Below, one piece after another: positions 1 to 9,167 of a DNA stretch of 47,838 nucleotides. A program made the translations under genes and the position numbers. The stretch covers positions 1-47,838 of the forward strand of contig JBGFRI010000019.1 of the NCBI GenBank assembly GCA_041695225.1. Reading direction: 5' to 3'. This DNA is from Deinococcota bacterium (GTDB lineage: Bacteria > Deinococcota > Deinococci > Deinococcales > Thermaceae). The stretch's first letter is position 1. Every line of letters begins with the position of its first letter. The notes under the pieces are model-generated. The model had not been told where the DNA came from. It saw nothing but the letters and a program-made list of their open reading frames with translations, and did not search any database.

Positions 1-117
1 CAGACCCAGAAAATAAAAAAACAAAAAAACCAGCGTGAGCAGGATTATGGCCCACAACAGGCGCCGCCCCAGGGCCTCCTGCCAGGTGAACTGGGCTATC
101 AGCAGCAGGTTCCTCAC
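1..117 (-). CDS. ABC transporter permease, N-terminal part (runs off window)
   Basis: GTG at 117 overlaps the ATPase stop (GTGA); translates MRNLLLIAQFTWQEALGRRLLWAIILLTLVFLFFIFLGL, a typical ABC-2 permease N-terminus. Confidence 0.75.
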   Translation of the reverse strand, partial: MRNLLLIAQFTWQEALGRRLLWAIILLTLVFLFFYFLGL

Positions 118-1025
118 GACGTCTCCTTGCTCACCAGCTTCACGAACAGGTCTTCCAGGCTGATCTTGCGCGGGCTAAGGGAAAAGAGGCCAGCCCCCGA
201 GTTAACCACGGTCTGAGCCAGGATCGGCAGCACGTCCTCGCTCTCGGCCTCGAACAGCACCGTATCCGGGCCGTGGTGCAAAACCCTGGCATGGCGCCCT
301 AGCTCCGATAGCAGCTCTGGGTTCAGCGCGCCAACCCGCAGCTCGACCTCGAGTCTCTCGCGCAACAACTCCTTCAACGCGCCGCTCCGCACCACCCGGC
401 CCTTGTCCACAAAAGCCACCCGGTCACAGGTCAGCTCAACCTCCGAGAGCAGGTGCGAGTTGAGGAAGATGGTGGTGCCCTCGGCCTTCAGGTGCCGGAT
501 GATCTCGCGAACCTCACGCCGTCCGATGGGGTCCAGGGCCGAGGTGGGCTCGTCCAAAAACACCACCCGGGGATGGTTCAGGAGGGCCTGGGCCAGCCCG
601 ATGCGCTGCTGCATCCCTTTGGAGTAGCCCTTGATACGTTCGTTTTCACGCCCCAGAAGCCCAACCAGCTCCAGCACCTCGGGGATTCGCCGCTGGAGGG
701 CGCCTGCCGGCATCCCGCAGAGCTGCCCGTGAAAGCGCAAAAGCTCACGCCCGGTCATCCAGTCGTGAAAGCGGAATAGCTCGGGCAAAAATCCCAGGTG
801 GCGCCTGGCCTCGAGGCTGCCCAGCGGTTTTCCCAGTAGAGTAGCCTGACCGGAGGTTGGATAGGTTAGCCCCAGCAGCATCTTGACGGTGGTGGTCTTG
901 CCAGCCCCGTTAGGGCCGAGAAAGCCAAAAACCTCTCCCGCCCGAACCTCCAGGCTCAGGTCTTCCACCGCGACGCGGCCGTTGAAAGCTTTTTTGAGAT
1001 TCAGAGTTTGAATTGCCAGTGTCAT
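114..1025 (-). CDS. ABC transporter ATP-binding protein
   Basis: Walker A GPNGAGKTT, signature YSKGMQQR, Walker B VVFLDEP, H-loop. Confidence 0.95.
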   Translation of the reverse strand: MTLAIQTLNLKKAFNGRVAVEDLSLEVRAGEVFGFLGPNGAGKTTTVKMLLGLTYPTSGQATLLGKPLGSLEARRHLGFLPELFRFHDWMTGRELLRFHGQLCGMPAGALQRRIPEVLELVGLLGRENERIKGYSKGMQQRIGLAQALLNHPRVVFLDEPTSALDPIGRREVREIIRHLKAEGTTIFLNSHLLSEVELTCDRVAFVDKGRVVRSGALKELLRERLEVELRVGALNPELLSELGRHARVLHHGPDTVLFEAESEDVLPILAQTVVNSGAGLFSLSPRKISLEDLFVKLVSKETS

Positions 1026-1065
1026 ACGTTAGCCGCTTCCAGTCTACCCAGCCATGGTGAGGAAG

Positions 1066-1140
1066 GTCGCAGGTCAAAAGTTAGTCTCAGGTCTCAGGTC
1101 TCAGGTCAAAAGCTATTAGCTATTTAGCTATCAGCTAATA
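1066..1140. repeat. Heptamer tandem array (GTCGCAG GTCAAAA gtta GTCTCAG x3 GTCAAAA GCTATTA GCTATTTA GCTATCA GCTAATA)
   Basis: 7-bp periodicity read directly. Confidence 0.9.
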
Positions 1141-1148
1141 GGCGGATG

Positions 1149-1991
1149 TCACTTGCCAAAGCGTCGCTCGCGCTTCTGGTAGTCGCGCACCGCCCGCAAA
1201 AAGTCCACCTTGCGGAAGGCCGGCCAGAAGGCATCGAAGAAGTAGTACTCGCTGTAGGCGGCCTGCCACAGCAAAAAGCCCGAAAGGCGGATCTCGCCCG
1301 AGGTGCGAATAATGAAATCGGGGTCGGGCACGCCTGCGGTGTAAAGCCGCTGGGAGATGTGTTCCATGTCGAGCTCGGCGGCCAGCTCCTCCGGCGACTT
1401 GCCGGTCCTGGCAGCCTCGAGCAGCAGGCTCTTGACTGCGTCTACAATTTCTTCCCGCCCGCCGTAGCCCATAGCGATGTTGAGCAGCATCCCGCTGTGG
1501 TGCGCGGTGGCTTTTTCCAGCTCTTCCAGGGCTTGTAGCACTTTGGGGGGGAAGCGGTCGTGCCGACCGATCACCTTAACCCGCACCTCGTTGGCGTGGA
1601 TGCGGGGGTCCTGGGCCATGCGCCGGGCCTCCTGGACGAAAAGCCGCATCAGCGTCTCGACCTCGGTCTGGCTGCGGCTCCAGTTGTCGGTGGAAAACAC
1701 CCAGATGGTTACGGTGGGAATTTTCAGCTCCAGACACCACTCCAGCACTTCGTAGGCCTTCTGTACCCCAAATTCGTGCCCTTCGTGACCTTCCAAACCT
1801 AGTTCCCTGGCAAAACGACGGTTGCCATCCAGGATCATGCCCAGGTGCTTGGGAGCACGTCCCCGTCTGACCTTGGCCTCTACCCGTTTCTCGTACCACC
1901 AGTACAGCGGCTTTAGTGCAGCTCCAAAGAGCTGTACTAGCTGTTGCCGAAGCGAACTCTTGGTAACGCGCACAGGGGAAGATGCCGCCAC
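1149..1991 (-). CDS. uppS: Isoprenyl transferase (undecaprenyl diphosphate synthase family)
   Basis: HLGMILDGNRRFA, FSTDNWSR, PDFIIRTSGEIRLSGFLLWQ, RRFGK motifs. Confidence 0.9.
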   Translation of the reverse strand: MAASSPVRVTKSSLRQQLVQLFGAALKPLYWWYEKRVEAKVRRGRAPKHLGMILDGNRRFARELGLEGHEGHEFGVQKAYEVLEWCLELKIPTVTIWVFSTDNWSRSQTEVETLMRLFVQEARRMAQDPRIHANEVRVKVIGRHDRFPPKVLQALEELEKATAHHSGMLLNIAMGYGGREEIVDAVKSLLLEAARTGKSPEELAAELDMEHISQRLYTAGVPDPDFIIRTSGEIRLSGFLLWQAAYSEYYFFDAFWPAFRKVDFLRAVRDYQKRERRFGK

Positions 1992-2078
1992 TCAGTACCT
2001 CATCCCCTCCATTCTAGCGAGTGTTTCGCAGACAAGGAGTGCGGGTTACTGGTGCTCCCAGAAAACTTACTGCAAACC

Positions 2079-2483
2079 CTATTGGAAATCTATATCGAGC
2101 TTATAACGTCCGCTGCGGCCCAGCTGGTCAAGCTCGAGCCTGAACCGCTCGCCCCCGCGCTGGTACACCGCCTCGACTTTGGTAGCAGCTTCCTTGACTT
2201 CTAGTCTGATGCGCACCCAGCCCCGGCTCACCAGCCAGTTGTGAAAGAAGGCATAGACCTGGTTTATGGAGTCGCGGGTCTCGAAGTCGGCCTCGCTCGA
2301 GCCACCCCGCTCTTCACGTTTGAGAACTGCGCTGCCTGGATAGGCTGGCAGACCTAGCCGCGCGTTTATGACAAAGCCCGTAGGCTGGGGTGCGACGCGC
2401 ACCGCGTGAGGGGTGGGCTCGGGGCTCACCCCGACCACACAGGCCGATAGCAGCAGGGGCAGTAGCAGAAGCACTATACGCAT
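2079..2483 (-). CDS. Putative lipoprotein
   Basis: Signal peptide with LSAC lipobox. Confidence 0.75.
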   Translation of the reverse strand: MRIVLLLLPLLLSACVVGVSPEPTPHAVRVAPQPTGFVINARLGLPAYPGSAVLKREERGGSSEADFETRDSINQVYAFFHNWLVSRGWVRIRLEVKEAATKVEAVYQRGGERFRLELDQLGRSGRYKLDIDFQ

Positions 2484-2548
2484 AACACACCCAGCATAAA
2501 CAGCTTCTGTGAGTAAAGTGAGGCAGAGGTATTAAGATTCGGATATAA

Positions 2549-2694
2549 GTCGCATGTCTCAGGTCGCAGGTCTCAGGTCAAATGCTATCGGCTATCAGCT
2601 ATTAGCTATCGGCCATGGTTGAAGGTCTAAGGTCGCAAGTCACAAGTCGCAAGTCGAAAGTCGAAAGTCACAGGTCGAAGGCCTAAGGTCGTGT
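2549..2694. repeat. Heptamer array, about 21 units (GTCNNAR and GCTATYR)
   Basis: gtcgcat gtctcag gtcgcag gtctcag gtcaaat gctatcg gctatca gctatta gctatcg ... gtcgcaa gtcacaa gtcgcaa gtcgaaa gtcgaaa gtcacag gtcgaag. Confidence 0.92.
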
Positions 2695-2891
2695 TAAGGT
2701 TGGCCGTACAAGGCTGCCTGAGCAGACCCTGGCTGATGCGGAGACCATTCCAGCAGTGAAGGCCACTAACCCTCCACCATCCCGACTGAGCAGGGAATGC
2801 TGGAGTTTCTGGCAGATCCTGAAAGCTACTTCCACATACCCGCCCTAGCCTGAGGCGAGAAGTCTATCCTCTCCTGCGCGTGGGTTACCTC

Positions 2892-2967
2892 AACTATCGA
2901 CCTCGACCATTGACCATTGACTAGTGACCATCGACTATCGACAATGGACTATTGACTATTGGCTATC
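2892..2967. repeat. Heptamer array in inverse orientation (GACNATY)
   Basis: gaccatt gaccatt gactagt gaccatc gactatc gacaatg gactatt gactatt ggctatc. Confidence 0.92.
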
Positions 2968-3080
2968 TCCAGCCCATCTGCGACCTGGTGGGGCGGCAGA
3001 GTGGGTTAGGCTGGGCGTAGAGAGCTGGCCGTTACCGACAGACTGCCTCTGCGCTCCAGCTGCCTGCTAAACTAATCCGG

Positions 3081-4520
3081 ATGCCTACGCTGGATCAGCT
3101 ATACTCCATCTTTGCCCAGGCCGCACCGGCCATACCGGTAACGGGTGTGACACACGACTCCCGCACGGTGCAGCCAGGTTTTGTGTTTGTGGCCATACCG
3201 GGGGTTCCGCTGCCCGGCCGCAAGCCCCTCGATGGGCACGACTATATACCCCAGGCGATCGAGAAAGGAGCGGCTGGCATCGTGGGAATGCGCGACCTGG
3301 ACCTGAGCATTCCCTATCTGCGGGTGCCTGACCCCAGGGCAGCCCTGGCCGACCTTTCGGCGGCGTTCTGGCAGTATCCGGCAAAAAAGCTAAAGCTGCT
3401 GGGCGTCACGGGCTCCAAGGGCAAGACTACCGTTACGGTGCTGGCCCATCACCTGCTTCAGTCGGCCGGTCCGCCGGTGGGGCGGCTCTCTACGGTGGGG
3501 GTCAGAATTGGCCAGGAAGAGCTTTTTCTACCGGGACACTTCACCACCCCCGAGGCCCCGCAGGTACACGAGATGCTGCACAGGTTTGTGCAGGCCGGCT
3601 GTACGCAGGCGGTATTGGAAGTGAGCAGCCATGCCCTGGCCCTGGAGCGGGTGCGGGGACTGGAGTACCAGGTGGGGGTGTTCACCAACCTGTATGAGGA
3701 CCACCTGGACCTGCACGGCACTATGGAGCGGTATTTCGCCCAAAAGTGCAAGCTGCTGGAGCGCGCTCACTTTTCGATCGTTAATAGCGATAACCAGTGG
3801 ACAAAAACGCTCATAGGCCGCCCCCGGACCTGGACATTCGGCTCTGATGGCGACTGGCAGGCAAAAAACCTGGTAGAGACCAGCAGTGCCCTGTTTTTTG
3901 AGGTAGTGTCTCCTATTGGTCGGTTTGCAGTGCAGCTTCCGATGCTGGGCAGCTTTAACGCTGTAAACGCCCTGGCCGCTATGGCAGCGGCAGCCAGGAT
4001 GGGGGTTTCGATTGAGCAGCTTCAAGCCGGGCTGGCAAGCTTTCCCGGTGTGCCTGGGCGGATGCGACTCATTCAGAGTGAGCCCTTCAGGGTGATAGTA
4101 GATTTTGCCCACACCGGAGCAAGTCTGCAAGCCGTACTGGAAACCTTGCGCCCCACCACGGCAAACCGCCTGGTAGTGGTAATTGGGGCCGCAGGCCATC
4201 AAGACCCCAGGCGCCGCACCAGCATTGGCCAGGTGGCGGGCCGGCTGGCCGATCTGGCCATCTTTACCGAGGACGACTACCGCAGCGAGAACCTCGAGGC
4301 CATTCTGCAAGCCATGGCCCAGGCCCACGGCGATCCGGCCCGCTACGTCTGTATTCCCGACCGGCAAGAGGCCATCCACTACGCGGTGGCTCAGGCCCAG
4401 CCGGGCGACACGCTGCTCTTTGCTGGCAAAGGCCACGAGCGCACCCTCGAGCGCGGCGACCAGGTACTTCCCTGGAACGAGGAGGATCAGGTCCGTCAGG
4501 CCCTGTCGGCTCTGGCATGA
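3081..4520 (+). CDS. murE: UDP-N-acetylmuramoyl-tripeptide ligase
   Basis: HDSR, DGHDYI, GVTGSKGKTT, TTPE, EVSSHAL, DHLD, VDFAHT, AGKGHE motifs; TAAACT 7 nt upstream. Confidence 0.93.
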   Translation: MPTLDQLYSIFAQAAPAIPVTGVTHDSRTVQPGFVFVAIPGVPLPGRKPLDGHDYIPQAIEKGAAGIVGMRDLDLSIPYLRVPDPRAALADLSAAFWQYPAKKLKLLGVTGSKGKTTVTVLAHHLLQSAGPPVGRLSTVGVRIGQEELFLPGHFTTPEAPQVHEMLHRFVQAGCTQAVLEVSSHALALERVRGLEYQVGVFTNLYEDHLDLHGTMERYFAQKCKLLERAHFSIVNSDNQWTKTLIGRPRTWTFGSDGDWQAKNLVETSSALFFEVVSPIGRFAVQLPMLGSFNAVNALAAMAAAARMGVSIEQLQAGLASFPGVPGRMRLIQSEPFRVIVDFAHTGASLQAVLETLRPTTANRLVVVIGAAGHQDPRRRTSIGQVAGRLADLAIFTEDDYRSENLEAILQAMAQAHGDPARYVCIPDRQEAIHYAVAQAQPGDTLLFAGKGHERTLERGDQVLPWNEEDQVRQALSALA

Positions 4521-4556
4521 CTTTGGACTTTGGGCTTTCGAGCTTAGACTTTTGCT
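4519..4556. repeat. Short heptamer array between murE and the Nif3-like gene
   Basis: gactttg gactttg ggctttc gagctta gactttt. Confidence 0.7.
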
Positions 4557-5309
4557 ATGCAGCGCGACACCCTGGCTGGTTGGCTGGATGAGTACCTTAA
4601 AATTGGCGAGTTCAAAGACTCTTCGCTTAACGGGTTGCAGGTAGAGGGCAGGCCCCTGGTCCACCGCATTGGGGTCGCGGTGGATGCGGCCCAGGCCATT
4701 TTCGACAAGGCTGCCCAGGCCCGGGTAGATTTCCTGATTACCCACCACGGGCTTTTCTGGGGGCAGCAGTTTCCGCTAGTGGGACACCATAAGAAGCGGT
4801 TGGAAACCCTTTTTTCGGCAGGGATTAGCCTGTACACGGCCCACCTCCCCCTCGATGCTCATCCGGAGGTTGGCAACAACGCGGTGATGGCCCGCGAGCT
4901 GGGGCTGGTGGAACTGGAACCATTTCCCCACCCCAAGCACGGCCAGATCGGATACGTAGGGCGCTTTAGAGAACCCCAGACCTTAGCCCAGGTGGAAGAC
5001 CAGATCGGACAGCTGACCGGGATGCAGCCCCTGGTACATGCAGCGGGGCCAGACGAGATACGCCGGGTAGCTATACTCTCGGGCGGAGGGGCGGGCGACG
5101 CTGGCCTGGCCAAAGCCCTGGGCTGCGACCTCTACATTACCGGAGAGCCCTCGCACGCCCACTATCACGAGCCCTTTGAACTGGGCATCAACGTGATTTA
5201 CGCAGGCCACTACGACAGCGAGACCTTTGGAGTGAAGGCCTTGGCGGCGCGGCTGGAAGAGGAGTTTGGCCTGCCCTGGGTGTTTGTCGAGCACCCCACG
5301 GGGCTTTAG
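4557..5309 (+). CDS. Nif3-like dinuclear metal-centre protein (YbgI family)
   Basis: NGLQVEG, THHGLFW, HLPLDAHPEVGNN, AGHYDSE motifs. Confidence 0.92.
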   Translation: MQRDTLAGWLDEYLKIGEFKDSSLNGLQVEGRPLVHRIGVAVDAAQAIFDKAAQARVDFLITHHGLFWGQQFPLVGHHKKRLETLFSAGISLYTAHLPLDAHPEVGNNAVMARELGLVELEPFPHPKHGQIGYVGRFREPQTLAQVEDQIGQLTGMQPLVHAAGPDEIRRVAILSGGGAGDAGLAKALGCDLYITGEPSHAHYHEPFELGINVIYAGHYDSETFGVKALAARLEEEFGLPWVFVEHPTGL

Positions 5310-5310
5310 C

Positions 5311-5943
5311 ATGAAGGGCCTCTTCCTGACCTTTGAAGGCCCCGAGGGCGCGGGGAAGTCTACCCAGATCCGGCTCTTGGCTGTCTGGTTACAGGAGCAG
5401 GGATTTTCAGTAGTCGAGACCCGGGAGCCTGGCGGCACCAGGCTGGGGCAGGGTATTCGCCGGCTGCTGCTGCACCAGGATCAGATGTGCGCCGAGGCTG
5501 AGTACCTGCTTTACTCCGCCGACCGCGCTGAACACATGCAGACCCTCATCCGGCCCGCCCTGGCCCAGGGCCAGACTGTCCTGTGTGACCGCTGGCTGGA
5601 CTCCTCGCTGGCTTACCAGGGCTTTGGACGGGGGCTGGACCTGGACTGGTTACGCGCGGTGGCCCAGGGTGCTGTCCAGGAAGTGCAGCCCAACAGAACC
5701 TTCCTGTTCGATCTGCCGCCCGAGGTTGGTTTAGCGCGGCTCGCCAACCCGGATCGGTTGGAGCGCGAGAGCATCGAGTTCCACCGGCGGGTGCGGCAGG
5801 GCTATCTTAAGCTAGCGGCCGCCGAACTCGAGCGATTTGTGGTGCTGGACGCAACACAGACTTCACAGACCCTGCAAGCCCAGCTTCGCGAGCACCTGCA
5901 CAGCTTACTTTCGAAAGCGGGTCTTGGGCAGAAATTGTTGTGA
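5311..5943 (+). CDS. tmk: Thymidylate kinase
   Basis: FEGPEGAGKSTQ P-loop, TREPGGT, DRWLDSSLAYQG; ATG 5311 preferred over the ORF-track start. Confidence 0.95.
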   Translation: MKGLFLTFEGPEGAGKSTQIRLLAVWLQEQGFSVVETREPGGTRLGQGIRRLLLHQDQMCAEAEYLLYSADRAEHMQTLIRPALAQGQTVLCDRWLDSSLAYQGFGRGLDLDWLRAVAQGAVQEVQPNRTFLFDLPPEVGLARLANPDRLERESIEFHRRVRQGYLKLAAAELERFVVLDATQTSQTLQAQLREHLHSLLSKAGLGQKLL

Positions 5944-6001
5944 CCAGCCTGCTGACCCCGGTCTCATTCATCTATTTGGGCTTGCGGTTAAGGTATAAGG
6001 C

Positions 6002-6766
6002 GTGGCTTTAGCCCTCGCCGTCCTGATGCTTCTGCTAGGTATAGCCATGGCCCAGCCGGGCCAGGTGCCGGTCTGGGGTTTCCGCGTGATCAACACCTTC
6101 CCGCACGATACGGGTGCTTTTACCCAGGGTCTCATCTACCACAACGGTTTTTTGTACGAAAGTACCGGGTTGTTTGGGCGCTCCAGCATCCGCAGGGTCG
6201 AACTGACAACGGGAAGGGTCTTGCGCAAACACTCGCTGGCCCCCCGATACTTTGGCGAGGGCGTCACTTTTTTCCAGGGGCGCTTTTTTCAGCTTACCTG
6301 GCAGAACCGGGTGGGTTTTATCTACGACCAGAACCTCAACCCGGTGGGGCAGTTTACCTACCAGACCGAAGGCTGGGGCCTGACCCACGATGGGCAGCGG
6401 CTAATCATGTCGGATGGCTCGGCCCAGTTGTTTTTCCTTAACCCGCGCACCCTGCGACCCGAGCGGACCGTCACGGTGCGGGCCCAGGGCCAGCCGGTAA
6501 TTCGCTTGAATGAGCTCGAGTACATTCAGGGCCGGGTCTGGGCCAATGTCTGGCTGACTAACCGCATTGCCATTATCAATCCGCAAAATGGCAGTGTGGA
6601 GGCCTGGCTTGACCTGACTGGCCTGAGCCTGCTGGCCCAGATGCACAACCGTAACCCAGATGCGGTGCTGAACGGGATTGCCTACGACCCCGCCCGCAAC
6701 CGTCTGTTTGTCACCGGAAAACTCTGGCCCTTTATATTTGAAATCGAGGTTGTGCGCAGACCATGA
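6002..6766 (+). CDS. Glutaminyl-peptide cyclotransferase (type I QC), secreted
   Basis: PHDxxAFTQGL, ESTG, FGEG, EGWGL, LNELE, VLNGIAYD, VTGKLW; signal peptide. Confidence 0.92.
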   Translation: MALALAVLMLLLGIAMAQPGQVPVWGFRVINTFPHDTGAFTQGLIYHNGFLYESTGLFGRSSIRRVELTTGRVLRKHSLAPRYFGEGVTFFQGRFFQLTWQNRVGFIYDQNLNPVGQFTYQTEGWGLTHDGQRLIMSDGSAQLFFLNPRTLRPERTVTVRAQGQPVIRLNELEYIQGRVWANVWLTNRIAIINPQNGSVEAWLDLTGLSLLAQMHNRNPDAVLNGIAYDPARNRLFVTGKLWPFIFEIEVVRRP

Positions 6767-7335
6767 GCACAGACGGACGCATTCGTGGCTATGCCGTGGT
6801 GCTAATTGCGCTGGTGGTTCTTTTGTCCACTACGGGCTATTTTCTGGCAGGGCTCACCCTCAACACCCGCGTACCACGCGAGCCTCCGCAGCTGACCGCA
6901 AATTCCACGGTTGTTATCGAAACCCCCAGGGGAGTGCTGGAGCTGCCGGTCTATCAGACCACCAACCCTGGTCAGCGCATAGCCGCAGGGCGCAACCACA
7001 TCAAGCCCGGAACGAGCGTTTTATTCCGTTTCCCCAGCGCCCGCGATGATAGCTGGAGTAGCCAGGGTTTAAGGGAGGCGGTCTCGGTCGCGTTTATGGA
7101 CAGCCGGGGGCGGGTCCTGACCATCCTGGACATAGAGCCCTGTTACACTCTGCCTCCCGCTGGCGAGCCCATGCCAAACGGGTTGCGCGCAGCCCCGCGT
7201 AGCAGAACCTGCCGCAGCTATCTCCCCAGGGTGGTGTACCGGCAGGTGCTTGAGGTTAGCCGGGGCTGGTTTGCCCAGAACCAGGTAGGGCCCGGTGCGG
7301 TGGTCAGTATCAAGCGACCAGAAGCTAGCCGGTGA
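6763..7335 (+). CDS. DUF192-like membrane-anchored protein
   Basis: N-terminal TM helix; VAFMD..G.V..I, VLEV..GWF....V.PG pattern. Confidence 0.7.
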   Translation: MSTDGRIRGYAVVLIALVVLLSTTGYFLAGLTLNTRVPREPPQLTANSTVVIETPRGVLELPVYQTTNPGQRIAAGRNHIKPGTSVLFRFPSARDDSWSSQGLREAVSVAFMDSRGRVLTILDIEPCYTLPPAGEPMPNGLRAAPRSRTCRSYLPRVVYRQVLEVSRGWFAQNQVGPGAVVSIKRPEASR

Positions 7336-7533
7336 GACCTGTGGTCGCGGGCGTTATGGCGTTTGCGATTACACCTATGGCCCCAGGTGTACCGACGCAG
7401 CTTAAGGTTTGCCTTCACCTGCCCACCAGGGGCTACGCTTGTCCCCAGCTCTCAAACCCGAACCGGAGCCACTTTTTCTGCGCAAGATCGGTAAAGCAAG
7501 ACCCGGTATAGCCGGTCGGTTGTCAGGCTCGCT

Positions 7534-7788
7534 TTAGTCTGCCGCAGCGCCGCACAATTTCCCGGAGCTGCCACAGGTGGGTGCATCTGCTTTTTTGGCA
7601 GACTGGGCAGCGTTTCGGGAGTCATTGACGTACCACCCCGACCCTTTGAACACCACTGCCGGGGCAAAGATCAGGCGTTTAATGGGCGCGCCCGTCTGGG
7701 GGTGGTGGGTAAATGGTGCTGCGTGGAAGCTCTGCTCAAACTCGTACTGCTCGCCGGTCTCGAGGTTCTGATAAACGTATCTGGGCAT
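7534..7788 (-). CDS. FmdB-family zinc-ribbon-like regulatory protein
   Basis: MPxYxY...FKGSGWYxND signature; RBS AGGAG upstream. Confidence 0.8.
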   Translation of the reverse strand: MPRYVYQNLETGEQYEFEQSFHAAPFTHHPQTGAPIKRLIFAPAVVFKGSGWYVNDSRNAAQSAKKADAPTCGSSGKLCGAAAD

Positions 7789-8204
7789 TACTGACTCCTT
7801 TTAGACAAGGTTTAGAAGTTGTCTCGAGGGGTCACCTCCCTCAATAGTCCAGTATATTGACAGAAGGTGGGTCGGACTGTCAACACACTCAATCACCGTC
7901 AATCATCCTTTTGGCGGTTTCGGCGGCCCGGCGCCTGCCCGGCTAAGGCTGGTCGGAGAGCTCGGACAGGCTTTAGCTAGGGGCGAACCAACCGCTTTAG
8001 GCTCTGCCCCACACGACCGGGCAGTGACCCGAGAACGACTTGAGTTTGGCGATCAGCCGCGACCTCAGCGTCTCATTGCTGTAGTTGGTCAGATAAGACC
8101 ACATACGCCGGTATAACGGAAACCCTGCTACCCCTGCAAGGCCGGTGTAAGATATTCCAAACCCTTCATCGTCGTGCTATCTAAGACGATGTGACCGAAG
8201 TGCT

Positions 8205-9167
8205 GTGCCGGTTTTGAATTACGATGGCGCTATGGTGTCACGGGCTGTTACACTGTTTCCTACCGACACGCTACTAGGGCTGAGGAAGACCAGCCACCTG
8301 ATCTTGCAGGGCGACGCTCGAGCCGCGCTGAGCCTGGTGGCGGACGCCTCGGTTCACCTGATCGTGACCTCGCCGCTGTACTGGAGCCTCAAGCGTTACG
8401 AAGACGTGCCGGGTCAGATGGGGCACATTGAAGACTACGAGATTTTCGTGAGTGAGCTGGCCAAGGTCTGGCACGAAGCCCACCGCGTGCTGGCGCCGGG
8501 CGGGCGGCTGGTGGTGGTGGTAGGGGATGTGGCAGTGGCGCGGCGTAAATTTGGCCGTCACCTGGTCTTTCCGCTCCATGCCGACATCCAGGTGCAGTGC
8601 CGCAAGGTCGGTTTTGACAACCTTAATCCGATTATCTGGTACAAGATCGCCAACGCTACCCTGGAGGTGCAAAACGGCTCGAGCTTTCTGGGCAAGCCTT
8701 ACGAGCCCAACGCCATTATCAAGACCGATATCGAGTATATTCTGATGCAGCGCAAGCCGGGCGGCTACCGCAAGCCTACCGCCGAGCAGCGCGAACTTTC
8801 GCGCATCCCCAAAGAGCTGTTTAACCGCTGGTTCCGTCAGATCTGGGACGATCTACCGGGAGCTTCGACCCGCCATCACCCTGCGCCCTATCCGCTCGAG
8901 CTGGCTGAGCGCCTGGTGCGGATGTTCTCGTTCGTTGGCGACACGGTGTTCGATCCTTTTATGGGGACGGCAACCACCCTGATAGCGGCCGCGCGCTGGG
9001 GACGCAACAGCCTCGGTATCGAAATTTCACCAAAATATGTCGAATTGGCCTCGGCGCGGTTTGCTCGAGAAGCCCCCGGTCACGTCTTGCGCCTTAATCA
9101 TCTTGGGGACGATCCCCTTCGGGACAGCCTGGCGGCCGTACACCAAGGGGACAGCAGTGACGCTTGA
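8205..9167 (+). CDS. Site-specific DNA methyltransferase (N4-C/N6-A, beta class), possibly inactive
   Basis: Motif IV region LIVTSPLYW (normally TSPPY) before motif I DPFMGTATT; HPAPYP; start may be ATG 8232. Confidence 0.88.
   Translation: MPVLNYDGAMVSRAVTLFPTDTLLGLRKTSHLILQGDARAALSLVADASVHLIVTSPLYWSLKRYEDVPGQMGHIEDYEIFVSELAKVWHEAHRVLAPGGRLVVVVGDVAVARRKFGRHLVFPLHADIQVQCRKVGFDNLNPIIWYKIANATLEVQNGSSFLGKPYEPNAIIKTDIEYILMQRKPGGYRKPTAEQRELSRIPKELFNRWFRQIWDDLPGASTRHHPAPYPLELAERLVRMFSFVGDTVFDPFMGTATTLIAAARWGRNSLGIEISPKYVELASARFAREAPGHVLRLNHLGDDPLRDSLAAVHQGDSSDA

Noticed and set aside
2549..2694. Heptamer arrays as CRISPR arrays
   Set aside because: No 23-47 bp repeats separated by unique spacers and no cas genes; the period is 7 bp
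3528..4748. 406-aa minus-strand ORF
   Set aside because: Antisense shadow of murE and the Nif3-like gene; no motifs
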